64,000 bases of DNA from contig CM052816.1 in the NCBI GenBank assembly GCA_028534125.1, positions 50,098,001-50,162,000 of the forward strand, in the 5' to 3' direction. Under the pieces are notes generated by a model. That model worked only from the letters and a program-made list of their open reading frames with translations. It was not told where the DNA came from and ran no database searches. A program made the position numbers and the translations under genes. Positions 13,321-27,304 of this stretch are shown one piece after another. The first letter of the stretch is position 1; each line of letters opens with the position of its first letter. Source of the stretch: Lama glama. Lineage: Eukaryota.

Positions 13321-15721
13321 GCAATTCGCTTATGAGAGTGACTGGCACTCAATAAATAGTACCTTCGACACATAGTTATTGAGCCCTCTTTGAGGCCATG
13401 TGAGTAAAACATAGCGGTCTCAGGCAAATATTCTCTTGAACATTTACTTTCCTATTTGTGCTTTTAAATTTTCCAATGCATTTACAACGAGCAGGGATTA
13501 TTTAGGTAATAAATTAGCAAAAACAAAAGAGCAATGACATAATTTAACAAAGACCTAAAAAGTGTTTTTATGGTATCTAATAGAATTATGATTCAGGTAA
13601 TAATTCAACAAACATTAATTGCCCACCCTGTTTTCAGCCCAGATGCATGTTTTCCAGCTTCAGTACAGTCGTCCATTCATACTCTGTAATTTCAGCATCT
13701 CTCATCCTTCGGTCTAGTCTCTATCCTGAACCTCCTCCTTTACGAGTGGACAGAACTGTTATTTTTGTTTTCAAACCCTCAGTTAATTAAAAATCACTCT
13801 AAATGTTTTTAATTCTTATACAGTCAGAAACTCCCAAGCAACTGACATTTGCCCTTTGCTAGTGAGCTTCAAATGTTGCCTGGTTTTCCAGGTAAACTGT
13901 CTTCTCTTTTTAGCACAAATGTTTTGTCATTTTCTATTTTCCCTAATGCTGCACATGAAATGTTATAATTAATATTTTTCTTTTACCCTCCTATGTAATC
14001 AGAGCATCACCAAATTCCAATACCTGCTTTCTAATGACATATTTTGGCTCTACCTAGATTAGTACAACCTCGAAAGTCCCAGCAAGTCTTCTTCCTTTCC
14101 TAAATCCTCTCCCAGAAGCAAGGTATTGTTGTATTACACTCCTTCTTCCAGAATTACTTGGCTAATTTTCTTCTACTTGTTTTACTGGGCTACATTTTTT
14201 CTTTCTTCTGGTGTCCATTTTTTAATTCCCCAATTATTCACTTTGCCCTACATATCCTTATACAAAATAAAAGTATCTGGTAATTTACTTCACATCTTAA
14301 AAAGAAGAGACACCATGGTAAAAGTCCAAGTATTCCACATATTACACAATGAAGATATTATTTCAAAGAAAGCCTGTGCAAACAGATGTTCCCAAAATTA
14401 GTTTTCAGAAATTGCACTTCCCTTTAGTGCTAAAGCAATATTTCCAAGACCACTTGTTACTTGACAGAAAAACTGAAAAATTTTAGCAGACTCCTTTCCT
14501 CAAGCGTTCCTAGTACACTACGCTGTCCCATAAACCCACCTTGCATGTCACTCTGACCCCAGCTAGCCTTCTGGTACCAGGCATATGACTCCAGACCACA
14601 TCACGCCATCCTTACCTGGCTTCCTAAGCCTGCTGCTGATTGCTTTACCTCTCCACTTCCATACGAGAGCATGGCCCAGCCCTTCATTCTGAAAAGCTCA
14701 GTTAAGCCCTAACTTAACAAAGCTATGCTGAGGACATTAGGAAATGTGGAAAGTTCTAACACAGCTAAGCAACTCTTAAAACTGTGCACTTTATCAACAA
14801 TGTCCAGAGTTAATACCAGCCCCTCCACGTGTCTAGACTAGAGGTTTCTCTTAATTTCAGCACATCTGCTGCCAGGTTGCTGAAACCAGCTTCCCTCCTC
14901 AACACAGGAAGGCCCTTCTGCCAACAATTTTCCACTCTTTGGAATCGAGACCCCAGAGAAAATAAACAGAATATTTCTTAAAGTAAAAGTTTACCTAAAA
15001 GATACACTTTGTATGAGAAGGGAACATCTACTTCTTAATGCAGAGTAACTCAGCGTCTTTTTTTTTTTTTTTAAACCAATTAATTGCAAAGTAGGAGCTT
15101 GGTCTTGCACTTATATAGTTTATAGACTGCCTGGAATGGCTCCTTCAAAAACAAAAAGGGGAAAACATCTTCTCTGAAAGATAGAGACAGACCTCTACCC
15201 AGAGAAATAAAATGGTCTGGCAGCTTTAAAATAGCAGTCTCCCTTCCTTTCTCTTTCTGCTTTCCCCATGTGTAGCCATAAAGCTTTAAAAATATTGGGG
15301 GTTGGTCTCAGAGAAAGTTATATACAAGTATAACTTGACCCCTACTCTTTTCTTTGCTCCTTATTACAAGGCAAGCATTGAATTTTGAACTTGATTGTGA
15401 TTTCAAGCTGAAGAGTGTCACATTTAATTTTGGAAACCAAGCCAGAGAACATAGCCTCAGGACCAACCAGTCTGCAGTGTGGCTATGTTTATGCCCAGCT
15501 GAGGCAGAAAGATGGCTGGCAGCTGCAACAATCACATGTTTAGCATTTAGTGGTTGTGAGGAAGGATGAAAGCTATAACCTCACAACAGCCCACAATAAG
15601 ATGCTATGGAAGAAACCAAGAGGACCAATGTGGTTGCTTCCAGACTGTAGCATGCCGGTTGTCTGATTGATAGAGACTGGGTTACTTCTGTAATTTTCCC
15701 AACGAAATGTATCTAAATACC

Positions 15722-16185
15722 CTCGTCAGTCAGGAATCCAGCAGGAAACAGATAACACAATCAAATTGGGTAAGTTGAAGAGAGTTTAACAAAAGGACTA
15801 TATACACAGATGGGCAGCTCAAGGAAATCACAATTTATAGTGTGGTACCCTGGGCCAATAATAGTAGAGAGCTCTTACTGCCTCAGTCCTGAAGGGTCAG
15901 GGAGAGACAGCAGTAGTGAACCAGAGGCAAAGAGGAATATGTGAAGATGGGGGCGTGCTAGGACTTAATGACTTTGCTGTAGGGCTACAAGCAGCCCATG
16001 GCAATTCCACAGGATTGGGTGGGACCCAAGGGGACACACACACTCAAGTTACTCTCCTCTCTTGCTCTGATATCCTACGTTGCTCCGCATGGCTGAATCC
16101 AAGAGGAACAGTCTACACAGTCAATCTCCCAGAGCATGAAGCAGGAAGAGAAGGGTAGAAAGTGTATCTGGAGGGGCAAACCTAT
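15722..16185. mobile_element. Old ERVL/MaLR-class LTR fragment
   Basis: gtcagtcaggaatccagcaggaaacagat...gagagtttaacaaaaggacta motif typical of ancient LTRs; subfamily not assigned. Confidence 0.5.
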
Positions 16186-16296
16186 GTCCCATTAAGTCAG
16201 AGAGCATTTCTAGTCTTCTACTGTTGCCTTGTTCATAAATACAGACAGATAATGTACTGAAAATCTTAAATGCTTTAAAGACTGCATATCTTAAAG

Positions 16297-17780
16297 CAGT
16301 GGTCTCCAAGCCAGGATTGCTTACCCTGGGAGTACCCCCAGACTCTCTAGGGGGTACATGGGCACTCAAAAGGAAGCAATTTTTAGAACTTCAACTTTTA
16401 TCTGGCCTTTTCCCCATCAAATTCATCTGCCTGAAAAGGTGTCTGGGGTGGAGGTCGTTGGTTTTACATTTGCATCCTCATTATACCAGTTCTTCTGAAC
16501 TTTAGAATTCATTAGAAGCATCTGGAGTGCTTGTGAAAACCCAGATTGCTCTCCTCATTCCTGAAACTTCTATTCAATAGGGTAGGGTCCGAGGATTTGC
16601 ATTCCTTACAAGTGCCTAGGTGATGCTAACACTACTGTTTCCGCGAACAAGTTTTGAAAACCAAAGGCTTTAGACAATTGCCCTTCTCTCACTTCATAAA
16701 AAACAACCACAGCATAAAACACCCCTTTCATCCATCCTGAGTCTTAGGATGCATTCACATGGGATGTAAAAACTGTGAACAAGCAAAAGGATGAATCAAT
16801 ATGAATGATTCTGGCTACAGAGTACAAATGAAATCCTTTTTTTAAGTCAGGGGTTTACCAAAAAATTTTAAGAAGAACTTCATTGAGGTAACGAAGGTAA
16901 CTGAACTGAAAGGTAACTGAAAATAATTTTTGACAGACCACTATGTGATTTTTGGCATATAATTCAGCAAGAAGTGAAAAAAAAAAAAGAGTAGCATTGC
17001 ATATAAAACTATCATTTCCATCTACTTATTTATGTGAGTAAGTTTTCTCAAAGTTTAAATATATAAAAAACAAAATAGGAATGGAATGGATGCTAAGTCA
17101 TAACACATTTTACTTTTTAGTAGTACTTACTCATGGAAATGTGAATTGGGAAAAACAACCCTAAGCATCTCATTGAAAAATATTTCTTCTAAAATTTTAC
17201 AATTTGTATAATTAGCTTTTAAATTTTATAAGAGCATAATATTGTTTTGTTCAATTGTATATCTGTAAATTACAATGATAACTCAATCCAGGAGAAGACT
17301 TTTAATTTTATACCTCTATGTTTATGTTTACAGGAGAAAAATTAATTTTCAACTTGATAGTATAAATTTTGATGTATGTGTGTTGATAGTTTAATCAAAA
17401 GGAGACTTTCAAGCATATAAATGTATGATACTTGGATATAATTCCATGGGGGAAACTTAAATTTTTTAAAAGTTCAAAAATAAGAAAAACATAAAGTGTC
17501 TTATTATTAGAAGAGTATTTTTCTTTTTTTTGTATGGATGACAGTGGGAATCAAACCATTATGGTATTTAGAGTCCACTGAACATATTTAAAAGAGTGAT
17601 GTTACATGTTTATTTTAGAATGGCAATATTTAAAATATGCTGAAAACAAAATCCTTTATAATTGTTTTACTTTACAATGAAAACAATTTTTGTTGACAAC
17701 TTAAAATGTGATGAGTACATAGTTCACAATTTTATTTTAGCCTAAACACTATCAAAGATCATTTAAGACTTACTGCCTTG
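16297..17780 (+). mobile_element. Degenerate hAT-Charlie DNA transposon with a nested MER5-like element (~16490-16670)
   Basis: cagtggtctccaa terminus; 17015-17050 translates FPSTYLCE*VFS, resembling the hAT dimerisation motif. Confidence 0.65.
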
Positions 17781-20327
17781 AGGCAATCAGCTTTTAATCT
17801 TCAGCAGGGATCATTTGATGGACTCAGAACTCTGAATTAAATTCCAATTAAAACCCAGGCTTTGCTTATTCTGTTAACATCTCAACAGAAACCATTCTTG
17901 TTCTTGTTTGGCATTTGCTCTCTCTTGTCCAGCTGGGATCCAAACATACAGAAATGAGTAATAACGGGAAAAGATTATACAATCTTGAATGACTCATTCA
18001 AAGACCTTTATAAACTTTCTCTTTAGATTTGTTTTAGAAAAGAATCATTTGGGTGAATTCTGGTTTGCTTAAGCAAATGGAAACTACAGCACAATAAAAA
18101 CAAAGGATGCACAAATATCAGCACAGAAACATCGCTGCGGCCTTTTTCTTCAAACCCACTTCACTACATTTGTAATATTGGGGAACATAAAAAGAAACAG
18201 ATTAAAAATGTTGAAGTCACCACTGAATCTTTAGCCACTTGATAATAACAGCTTTTGCTTTTATCTAAAATACGTTTTCCCTTGTAGATTCTTCTCTTGG
18301 GAGACATGCACAGGCCGTGCACAAAAGCAACTTTCAACTATTTTGCAACTTACTATATTTTTTTCCACCCATTTTCAAACTCCGTAACTTTATTTTGCAT
18401 GGTATATGACTTCCAGACTATTAGCTCAGGGGTAATCCAGCTCCCACTTCCTGTACTGTATTGAAAATTCACCTGAGAAGAGCAAAGTTCTACTTGCCAT
18501 CACATTAAAATGATGTACTTCTCCCTATACTGTCTCTCATACCTCTTTTCCATTTCAGCTACCCCGGAAGACCACCATTTCTTGTACAGCACCCTGTGGT
18601 AGGGGCACATTCTTCCACACAGGCCACTTAGCCTTTGGAAATGAATGGAAAACCACTTCTGGCTGATTTTGCGTAGTGCCGAGTCTCCTTAAACTTCCCA
18701 CTCTATCCCGGTATTCTGGGTGACGGAACATCCCACAAACTCCATTACTTGCACTAGATCAATAAAAATTTATTTGATAGATTTATAAACATCTAATAAG
18801 GTTGTATATGCACAAGTAATGCAAATTCTTATATACTCCCTTGGGTCATTTCTGTTTAAAGTTCTTTATAAAGATACGACAAATTGCCCAGTAAAAGGAC
18901 AAGCTTAGCAAGGAGGAAAAAAAAAGTCTTTGGCATCTGTCCATGCCCAAATTCCCACAGAGGTTTGACATTCTAGGAAAGAAACTTCGAAACAAATTTC
19001 CACTCACCTTTGTCCTTTATGATATCTTCTATACAACTGCAGAACCTATAACAGAGTTGTTCTTCCAAAGTATCAATAAAGATACTGAATAGAATGTGCT
19101 GTAAAATAACGGTCATGGGATACATCCAGTATAAAAATATAACGTTGTAAAAGACCTGTCTGGCTCATTCACTGCCGAGTTTCCAGGGCCTAGTACAGTC
19201 CCTGATACACAGGAAGTACTTAGTAATAGTGAATGAATAAAAATAAAGGGAGGGATGGATATCTGGATGGACAGGACCTTGGTGTTTTTGACATCTTCTG
19301 ATCAGTATTTAGATATGATCTTTTAATCAGTAAACTAACCACCTAAAAGTGTAACAATTAGGAACATAATATTTTATATTTTTCTTGAGAATATCATGCA
19401 GGCTCTGGAGATTACTTGTATCCACTATAAACAAACTATGTTATATGACTTGGGACCAATGACTTAAGTTCTCTGTGCTTGATCCCTCATCAGTCAGACA
19501 GTAACAGCCTATCTCTTAGGCTTTTTGGGAGGTGATCCACATAAAACACTGGGCCTGATTCATAGGAATCATTCTACAAATGTGAGATATCACTTTTCCT
19601 ATTGCATGTTTCTTTAATATTTGAGATAAATGCTTAAGTATGTAGATGTGAACATTATCAGAATTACTATCTCAGTTTTTTGCAGGGACATATATAATCA
19701 CCTCTCTGATAGCCACAAAATCATTTCATCCAAGCCAGCAGCTTGGACTCTGTAATAGAACTAGAATGTAAAAATGTTGGTGCACATTAGAATTTAAAGT
19801 TGTAAATAACCAGACCAGTCACAGTATAGTAAAAGAAGGATTTTAGGTTTCTTTGGTGAAACAAAAGCAGGTATAAAAAGTTACAAAGATTTTTGATTTT
19901 CATTCACAAAAAAAAAAAAACAGTCATTCACATTTTACACTATACACGTTATAATATAAATACAGGAACGTATTATGTGCATTGTAAATAAAAGAGGAAA
20001 AATTAAAACCTAAGAGGTTGACACAGAGTTGTTCTGTGCTCTACAACACCCAAAGGTGGATCACATTTCACGCAGCAACCAAGGGAACTTGCCTAAAGAC
20101 ATTGTGTGTGATTGTAGCTACCTCGTGCCTTCTAAGCCAAAAGAGGTATTGCGAAAAAGAATCCACGTTGGATTTGCTCTTTTTCTATTCGCATTTTATT
20201 TGTTGTCTTTTCAAGATCTTTCTAACTAAAATTAGAGGAAGACTCCTAAATGCTTTTTTCCATTACAGGTTTCTCTTTAGACATTAAATTAAGTGGATAA
20301 TGATTCAAAGTCGTCTTCAGCAGTCAC

Positions 20328-20333
20328 TTTATT
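20328..20333 (-). terminator. Candidate distal polyadenylation signal AATAAA (others at 20687-20692 and 20195-20200)
   Basis: TTTATT on + within the 3' UTR. Confidence 0.45.
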
Positions 20334-21290
20334 CAAATTAAGGGGGAAAAAACAGTGGGAAGAGATAAGGAGACGTTTCAACACATACACTCCACCTAAC
20401 AGGAAGAAATGCCCACACTATGTCTATATATATATGCTCCTTGCTTAGAATGGGCCAACACCATTTGCCAAAAGCTCTACACTTTTCCACTCTTTGAATA
20501 ATAAACACTTGATGCATTCTATCCATCACATTATTTAATCAGGGACAAAGTACCTAGATTATATAGTTCCAAACTGTGTGAGGGAAGTATAAAGGCTAAC
20601 ACTGAAAAACACTTAGCATACTATGTCAATTTTCAGGTTTAGGGGAAAATAACATCCAATAAATTAAATCAGTATGGCTTACTTCATTTATTTATGTATG
20701 CTTCACAGCTGCAGCATTCATACATGAACATTCAAAACTTTATAAAAGATTAAAATGGTTATATATACAAAATTTCTTTCTTTGAACGTGTGGTGTTGTT
20801 TTAACAATCCCCCTCCCTCCAGAGCCCTAAGTCTAGATCCACTTGAAACGTGTTGATCTGTAATCTTGCAAGTTAGTGTTATGAAAGCCATTAAAAAGTA
20901 GACCTGGTTGCGTTAATAATTAGCACTTTGACCCCTAAAAAATGCTCCTGGTCATAGAAAAGTCCTCCATTCAGGCCTTTCTTGTAAGTGAAGAAAAAGG
21001 AATGCAGCAAAAAAAAGAGTTGCATGTTGCAGTCTCCAGTTCCGTTGGGATCCTGTTAGGCAGGATTCAGCATCACAAGCAGGCCAACCACACCCGTGGT
21101 GGAGACGGTGCAGCGCCCTACAAAACTCTGTTTGTTAGTTGTCCAGGGAAAGCTGTCCTCAGTCTTGCTGACAAAGGGCAAGGGAAACCATTTCCAGCCT
21201 AAACGAACTACAAAAAGCAGCCGAACCAATGATTAAAGACCTCTAAGGCTCCATAATCATCATTAAATATGCCCAAACTCAGTGTGACTT

Positions 21291-21296
21291 TTTATT
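21291..21296 (-). terminator. Candidate proximal polyadenylation signal AATAAA
   Basis: TTTATT on +, ~380 nt after the stop; preceded on the mRNA by UGUA (21305-21302). Confidence 0.55.
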
Positions 21297-21673
21297 TTAT
21301 ATACAGGATTAAAATCAACATTAAATCATCTTATTTACATTGCCATTGGTGCTGAAATTGAGCTTTTTAAATAGTACAGTAGGCTGGTATACATTATAAA
21401 ATGGTCTGCACTGGAGGCAAATAGAAAACTAAAGAAATTAGATAGGCTGGAAGTGGTTACTTTCTGCCCTCGTTTTCTTTCATTTCGTTTGCTTTCTTTT
21501 TGAATGCTAGAACTTTCATTTAAAATATTTTGGGAGCACAGCAACCCAAAAGGACTGGACGGTTGGTCCCAAAATCCAAACCAACTGATAATACTTCTCA
21601 AGATGATAGGAAAGGCACAAGAAGTTAGGACTTTGGCTGAAATGATGAAAACACATGTTCGCCATTTTAGGGA

Positions 21674-21801
21674 TCAGCGCCTTGACTCTTGCCACCTCCG
21701 GCTCCAACGGTGATCATGTTTTGATGTATTTATTGAATTGTCCTTTGCTGATGAGGAATTTTTAAAGTATTTCTTAGAATAAGTCCTTTGGTATGTAGAT
21801 G
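21674..21801 (-). CDS. VCAN: Versican exon 15 coding part, C-terminal tail to TGA stop
   Basis: (P)[41 protein letters not shown]; acceptor (tttc)n...catgtag|CA; TGA at 21676-21674. Confidence 0.97.
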
Positions 21802-21946
21802 CTACATGGAAGGAAAGAAAGAAAGAAAGAAAACACAACAATATTACTTGCTCCATACCCTAAACTACCAATACCGTAGCCGTAAATTGAAGGTGTCTAG
21901 TGGTTGTTATAGCACGGTTGTCCACTCTTTCTAAAGGACCACTTAC

Positions 21947-22129
21947 GGTTCAGGCAGGTAATTTTAGGCATAGCCCATTTTCCATTTCCTAGGCAACGGA
22001 TAGTTGGAAGGTGGCGCTGAATGAAACCATCTTTGCAGTGATATCTAATCAGGGAGTTGATTTCATAACGAGGTTTCATCCTTCCAAAGGTCTTGGCATT
22101 TTCTACAACAGGGGGCTGGCCGCAAGCAA
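21947..22129 (-). CDS. VCAN: Versican exon 14, CCP/sushi domain (183 bp)
   Basis: (V)[60 protein letters not shown]; ctttag|TT ... ACC|gtaagt. Confidence 0.97.
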
Positions 22130-23869
22130 CTAAAGAAAAGCAAATTGGGTTATTTCCAAATAATCTCGATATTTCTATTAGTATGAGACTGTCTTTTTGT
22201 TTTCCCCCTCTTTCCCTCTCTGTGATACCCAAACAAGCACCTTCACCAAAGACAATCAGTTAGATTAAGAAATTGAAAATTTTCAAGACAAAACTAAATA
22301 CTGAGGCTCTGGGCCTAGATTGAATCTCATATTTCTGTCATCTTGAATTGTGTTTTTTTAAAGCAACCATAGAGCTAACTGGTTACACATCCATCTGTCC
22401 ATTTGGAAAGGCCACTTTTCTGAGAAAGTTCCAAATTTAAAAGTACCTATCTCATGCCATCATGTGGCCTGGTGGTACTGCCTTTATCACCACCCCAAAG
22501 TTTTTATGTATTACTCACCTTCACTTTGAATAATAATGGATATGTAACAATTAACTATTACTGTCACCTCACTGAAGAATTTACAATCTTTAGTAACATC
22601 ATAGCTTAAAAATATGGACAAAATGTAGATAAAATATGGACTCTTCAGTATAAATAAAATATTTCCAAATCCAACTATGTTTTTTTGCTCTTTCCTGTCT
22701 TCTGTGTGGAGATAGGGAGCAAGTCAGGACATAGTATTCATGTTTCAATTTTGCAATTACCTTATAAATATTTCAGCTCTTGGGAAGGGTAAATGAAGAC
22801 AAATCTTGAAATATTTGATCATCATTTTTAACTTACAATAAAAAATTCTAAATATCTACCAACTTAGCAATGGTAGAAATAATAAAAAGGAAATAGTAAA
22901 AGAAACCTTGCAATTTTAGAATTGAAGAAGCTGGGAAAATTGATTCAACTGAATTTGTATTAATATAGTTTCATTTAAAATTAGTGTACTTGTTTTAAAT
23001 GATCTACTTTAAAATTGACTTTTATTAAGTGATTGTGTTTTGTTACATACCTCTAAGAAAAATATACCTTAATTTAAATATAATTTCCCTAAATTACATT
23101 TCCTAGCCATATCTGACTTTAAGAATTCTATCATAAGGCCCACGAGAGCATGACATATTCTCTCATGAAAAAATGCAAATCTTCAATGGGATAATGATTA
23201 CCAGAAACCTCAGTACCAAGGTGTTTGGATGTCAACATCTTAATATTAAAAGTTTACAAATATTAAATTTATTTACATATTCAAAGGCTGTTTACAACCA
23301 TATTTTTCTGCAGTGACAATGTAGGTTTAACTTAAATCTTTAGCTCCTTTAATTTACTTCTGCCTGACAAAACAGATTGGAAATGACCTCATAACAAACA
23401 AAATTGTCTTTAATGAGACATAATCCAAGCATATCTTTTTATTCACATAAGAAATTGTCATTCAGATAGACATAATCTAAAAATAGATTTTAAAGGCAGA
23501 CTATCCATAATTAAGAAATTAGAAATATTTGTGCATGTATTTGATCTTTATAAATTCCTAGAAGATAAACTGAGATTTCTATAGTAATATGTCATTTTCA
23601 ATTAATAATCTACACTACTATAAAGTTTAATGATAGCTCCAATCTGGATATCTGTATTTCTTTGATTGTGATATGGCCTATACTAGGGTCCAGATACTAG
23701 CAAGCATCAGATAGAATGAGACCAAGTGGTAAAGAAGGTTAAAAATTATCAATTAGATAACTTATTATACTGGATTCTGACAAATTAAGAGTTGTCTTTA
23801 AATTTGAGAGGAAAGCAATGTATAGATTTCTTCCAAAACTATTTATAAAGGAAGATTAATTATAAAGTT

Positions 23870-25110
23870 ACACTAATTCAAGGAGTGTAGTAGTGGCAAG
23901 GACAGGCAAACAGACCAGAAATAGACCCACATATATATGCCTGATTTTGGACAAAAGCAGCGTGGCAGAGCAAGTAGGGAAAGGGTCATTTTTTCACTTG
24001 GACAACTGGGTATTCATATAGTTCCCTATTTCAGAGAATACATGGGAGATCAATTCTGGATTGTTTAAATATATAAATGTAAAGAACAAAACTATCAAAA
24101 CCTTAGAAAACAACATAGGATATCTTTCTGACTTTAGGGTAAGTAAAGATTTTTTAAGACACAAAAAGGTCAAAACCATAAAGAAAAGTTCAACAAAATG
24201 AAGAATTCTGTTCATCAAAAAATGCCATAATAAAGACAAGCTACAAACTGGGAAAAGATATGTGCAACATGTAATTGTTAAGGGATTAGTAAACAGGACA
24301 TTTAAAAAAACCTGCTACAAATCAATATATAAAGAAGCAATCAATTTTAAAAATGAGCAATAAACATGAACAGAAATTTTACAAAAGAAGAGCTATAAAT
24401 GACCTGTAAGTATATGAAAACAAATCCAGGGAGAAGTATCCAAGAAAATGTAAATTAAATCACAAGAGATAACATTTTATACCCACCAGATTGGCAAAAA
24501 TTTCAAAGTCCGATAATACCAAATGTTGGAGAAGATGTGGAGTAACAGGACCTCTCACACATTGCTGGTGGGAGTGCAAATTGGTACAACCACTTTGGAA
24601 AATAATTTGGCATTTTCTAGTAAATTTGATGGTACATATATCCTATGACTCAGCACTTCACTCCTGGAAAAACACCCTATGGAAACTTGCAAAGATCTAC
24701 CAGGAACAAGTTCAAGAATATTCGTAGAAACATCATGTATAAAAGCAAAAACACTGAATATAACCCAAATGTCTACTGGCAGGAGAAATGATAAATAATA
24801 TGTCATGTAGTCATACACTATAATACTATACAGCAGCCAAAATGAAAAAAATACAGCCACATGCATCAACATGAATAAATCTCACAAACATAATGCTGAA
24901 CAAAAAAGCAAGGCACAACATACGAACAATATGATTCTATTTAAATAAAGTTCAAAATTATGCAAAATTGAATGATTTGTTTATAGGTACAAGCATCTGT
25001 GATAATACTGAAGAGAAAAGTAAGGGAATTAAGTCATTTTCTACTGCTGGAATTGGGAAGTAAATGGATGGGACTGGAAAGAACTCACAGGATGCTCCAA
25101 AGATGTGTGG
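23870..25110 (+). mobile_element. Old L1M element: ORF2 3' end plus 3' UTR, degenerate
   Basis: ORF 24491-24727 (NTKCWRRCG..GPLTHCWWECKLVQPLWK) matches the L1 ORF2 C-terminal Cys-rich region. Confidence 0.88.
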
Positions 25111-25494
25111 GTAGTAAAAACTGAGGTGTTCTTTTTTTCTTTACTAAAAAAATGCCTTTTGTATATATTATAATTCTTCTTTGCAAATATTTAATTAAAA
25201 CTACTTACGTCTCTATGTTTAAAGACGTCTAAACTATCTAAAAGGAGAAATGACTATCTTTTATAAAAGTCTAGAGACATTTATCAAATTCATAAAATTC
25301 TCCAGAGTACTGATTAATAAAGAATAAAGTCTACATAAATAAAAATCAGACAGTAGGGAGATAAAATACATGAATTGTTCTGTTTAGGTCTTCTTTTCCA
25401 TTAATAAGGTAGAGCTAATGTTGTGTAAATCTCTTTCCCCATTGCGAAATGTATACCATGACGTTGCTTGTGAGAACCCTCTGTAGTTATAGGA

Positions 25495-25720
25495 CAGTGG
25501 TTCTCAACCTGGAGCAGGTTTCCTCCTCTCCCTCCTTCCCCAGGGATAGCTGGCAATGGCTAGAGACACAGATGTTGTCAAAAGACAAAGGAAAAGGATG
25601 AGGAGTGGAGGAGAATGCTGCTGGCATTTAATGCTAAACATTCTGCAACGCACAGGACAGCCTCCCACAACTAAGAACTGTCTGACCCAATGTCAATAGT
25701 GCTGCTCTTGAGCGACACTG
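25495..25720. mobile_element. MER20-like hAT MITE
   Basis: cagtggttctcaacc...tgctgctggcatt...tgctaaacattctgca...caatgtcaatagtgc...gagcgacactg. Confidence 0.8.
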
Positions 25721-27067
25721 GTATAGGGAAAAATAACATAGGAAGCATAAGAATGTTTGGATCACAAAATGAAAAGCATGACTCCAGGGAACATTTAGAG
25801 ATCTAAGAAGGCAAACACGACATTTGGATAAAGACAAACAATTCATTAAAGCCTTCTTACACTAGAAAAAGGGGAGATAGCAAATACTTGATTTGCTATT
25901 TTCACAAGTCCCATCGCATAAGTGCTGAAGTAACACACATAGTCAGGAGAGATGCTCACATAGAGAGGATATTCAGAATAAATTCTACTTTCGAGAAGAG
26001 AAGAGCAGAGTGAAGTAGCCACAAATAACAGCTAGGTTTCATCTGAACTTTGTGTACCTTAGTGTTCTCTTTCTTTTGATAGAACTGAATTTTTCAATGG
26101 TGTTTGTCTCTCCTAAAACACCTACAAAGTGTGTATTTTTTTAATATATTCAAAAGTAAGTCAAATGGATTTTGTATTTTGCATTTTCACTTTGTACTCT
26201 TATTTGAAGTGGGTAAAGTCTGGGTCTAGAGACTAAATATTCACATTCTAACACCATTATCAATTGCAAAGAGGTTTAAAAAATTTTATGGAATTCCTAT
26301 TTTTTTAAGGAATAAGTTGATAAACACGCCTTAGAATTCAAACATATTGGTCAATGATTAACACTTTCAAAAATCAGCTTTCTTAGTTTTCTATGTTCAA
26401 TGTCAACTAAGCAATTCTCCTCACTGTAGAACTTAACATTACAAATATTTTTATTTTTTGGTATCTTGAAAATCTCATCACTCTATTCAATAGTAGCTAC
26501 AGGGATGCCATTTTTTGTTCTATGGTCTATAAGCATAGATTGAGCTCCGAAGGAAACGATTGAAAAAGTTGAATGCTTATGAAGACCAGCAGTGTAACTT
26601 AAAAGGAGGGAAGGTTGGAATGAGAGCTTCAATGAACTGGAGACCTCAGTCCCCACCAAGGGAGGGCAGTGGTTTTCAGCTGCAGTGCTTCAAACCGCTG
26701 ATAAATGTGAACATGGGCCACATGGCACCAAGTGTTCTTTTTTTTTTAAGTTAAAAATCCACATTATTTTATGGCAGATCCCAATTTTTTAATGTTGACA
26801 ATTTTTTTTCAAATGTTCTCTTCATCAAAATAAATAGGTCTATAGATCCTTGGGCTTGCAGTTGTTTTTCTGAAAATACTACCAGGTAGTTTTTCTACAT
26901 AAAGTCTACATTGTTATCTTAAGCACTTGAAATCCAAGCTGAAATCTCTACTGAAAACAAACTTTTCAATTATATTGAAAGAGCATAATATTCTAGAGCA
27001 GTAAGAGATGCCATACATGACATTCAGCTTATGCCTTAAAGAATGATGTTTATTCTTCCTGAATTTA

Positions 27068-27304
<237 letters not shown>

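Larger units (their letters stand above)
19820..21673 (-). other. VCAN: VCAN 3' UTR (distal end approximate)
   Basis: Follows the stop codon and has no recognisable repeats until ~19.6 kb. It is AU-rich with several AATAAA. The distal sequence resembles my recollection of the human VCAN mRNA end. Confidence 0.7.

Noticed and set aside
1..19800. HAPLN1 or other protein-coding exons downstream of VCAN
   Set aside because: No link-module or Ig-like peptides appear in any listed ORF. The region is dominated by old repeats.
24491..24872. Cys/Trp-rich ORF as a novel zinc-finger gene
   Set aside because: It is the L1 ORF2 C-terminal remnant within a degenerate L1M.
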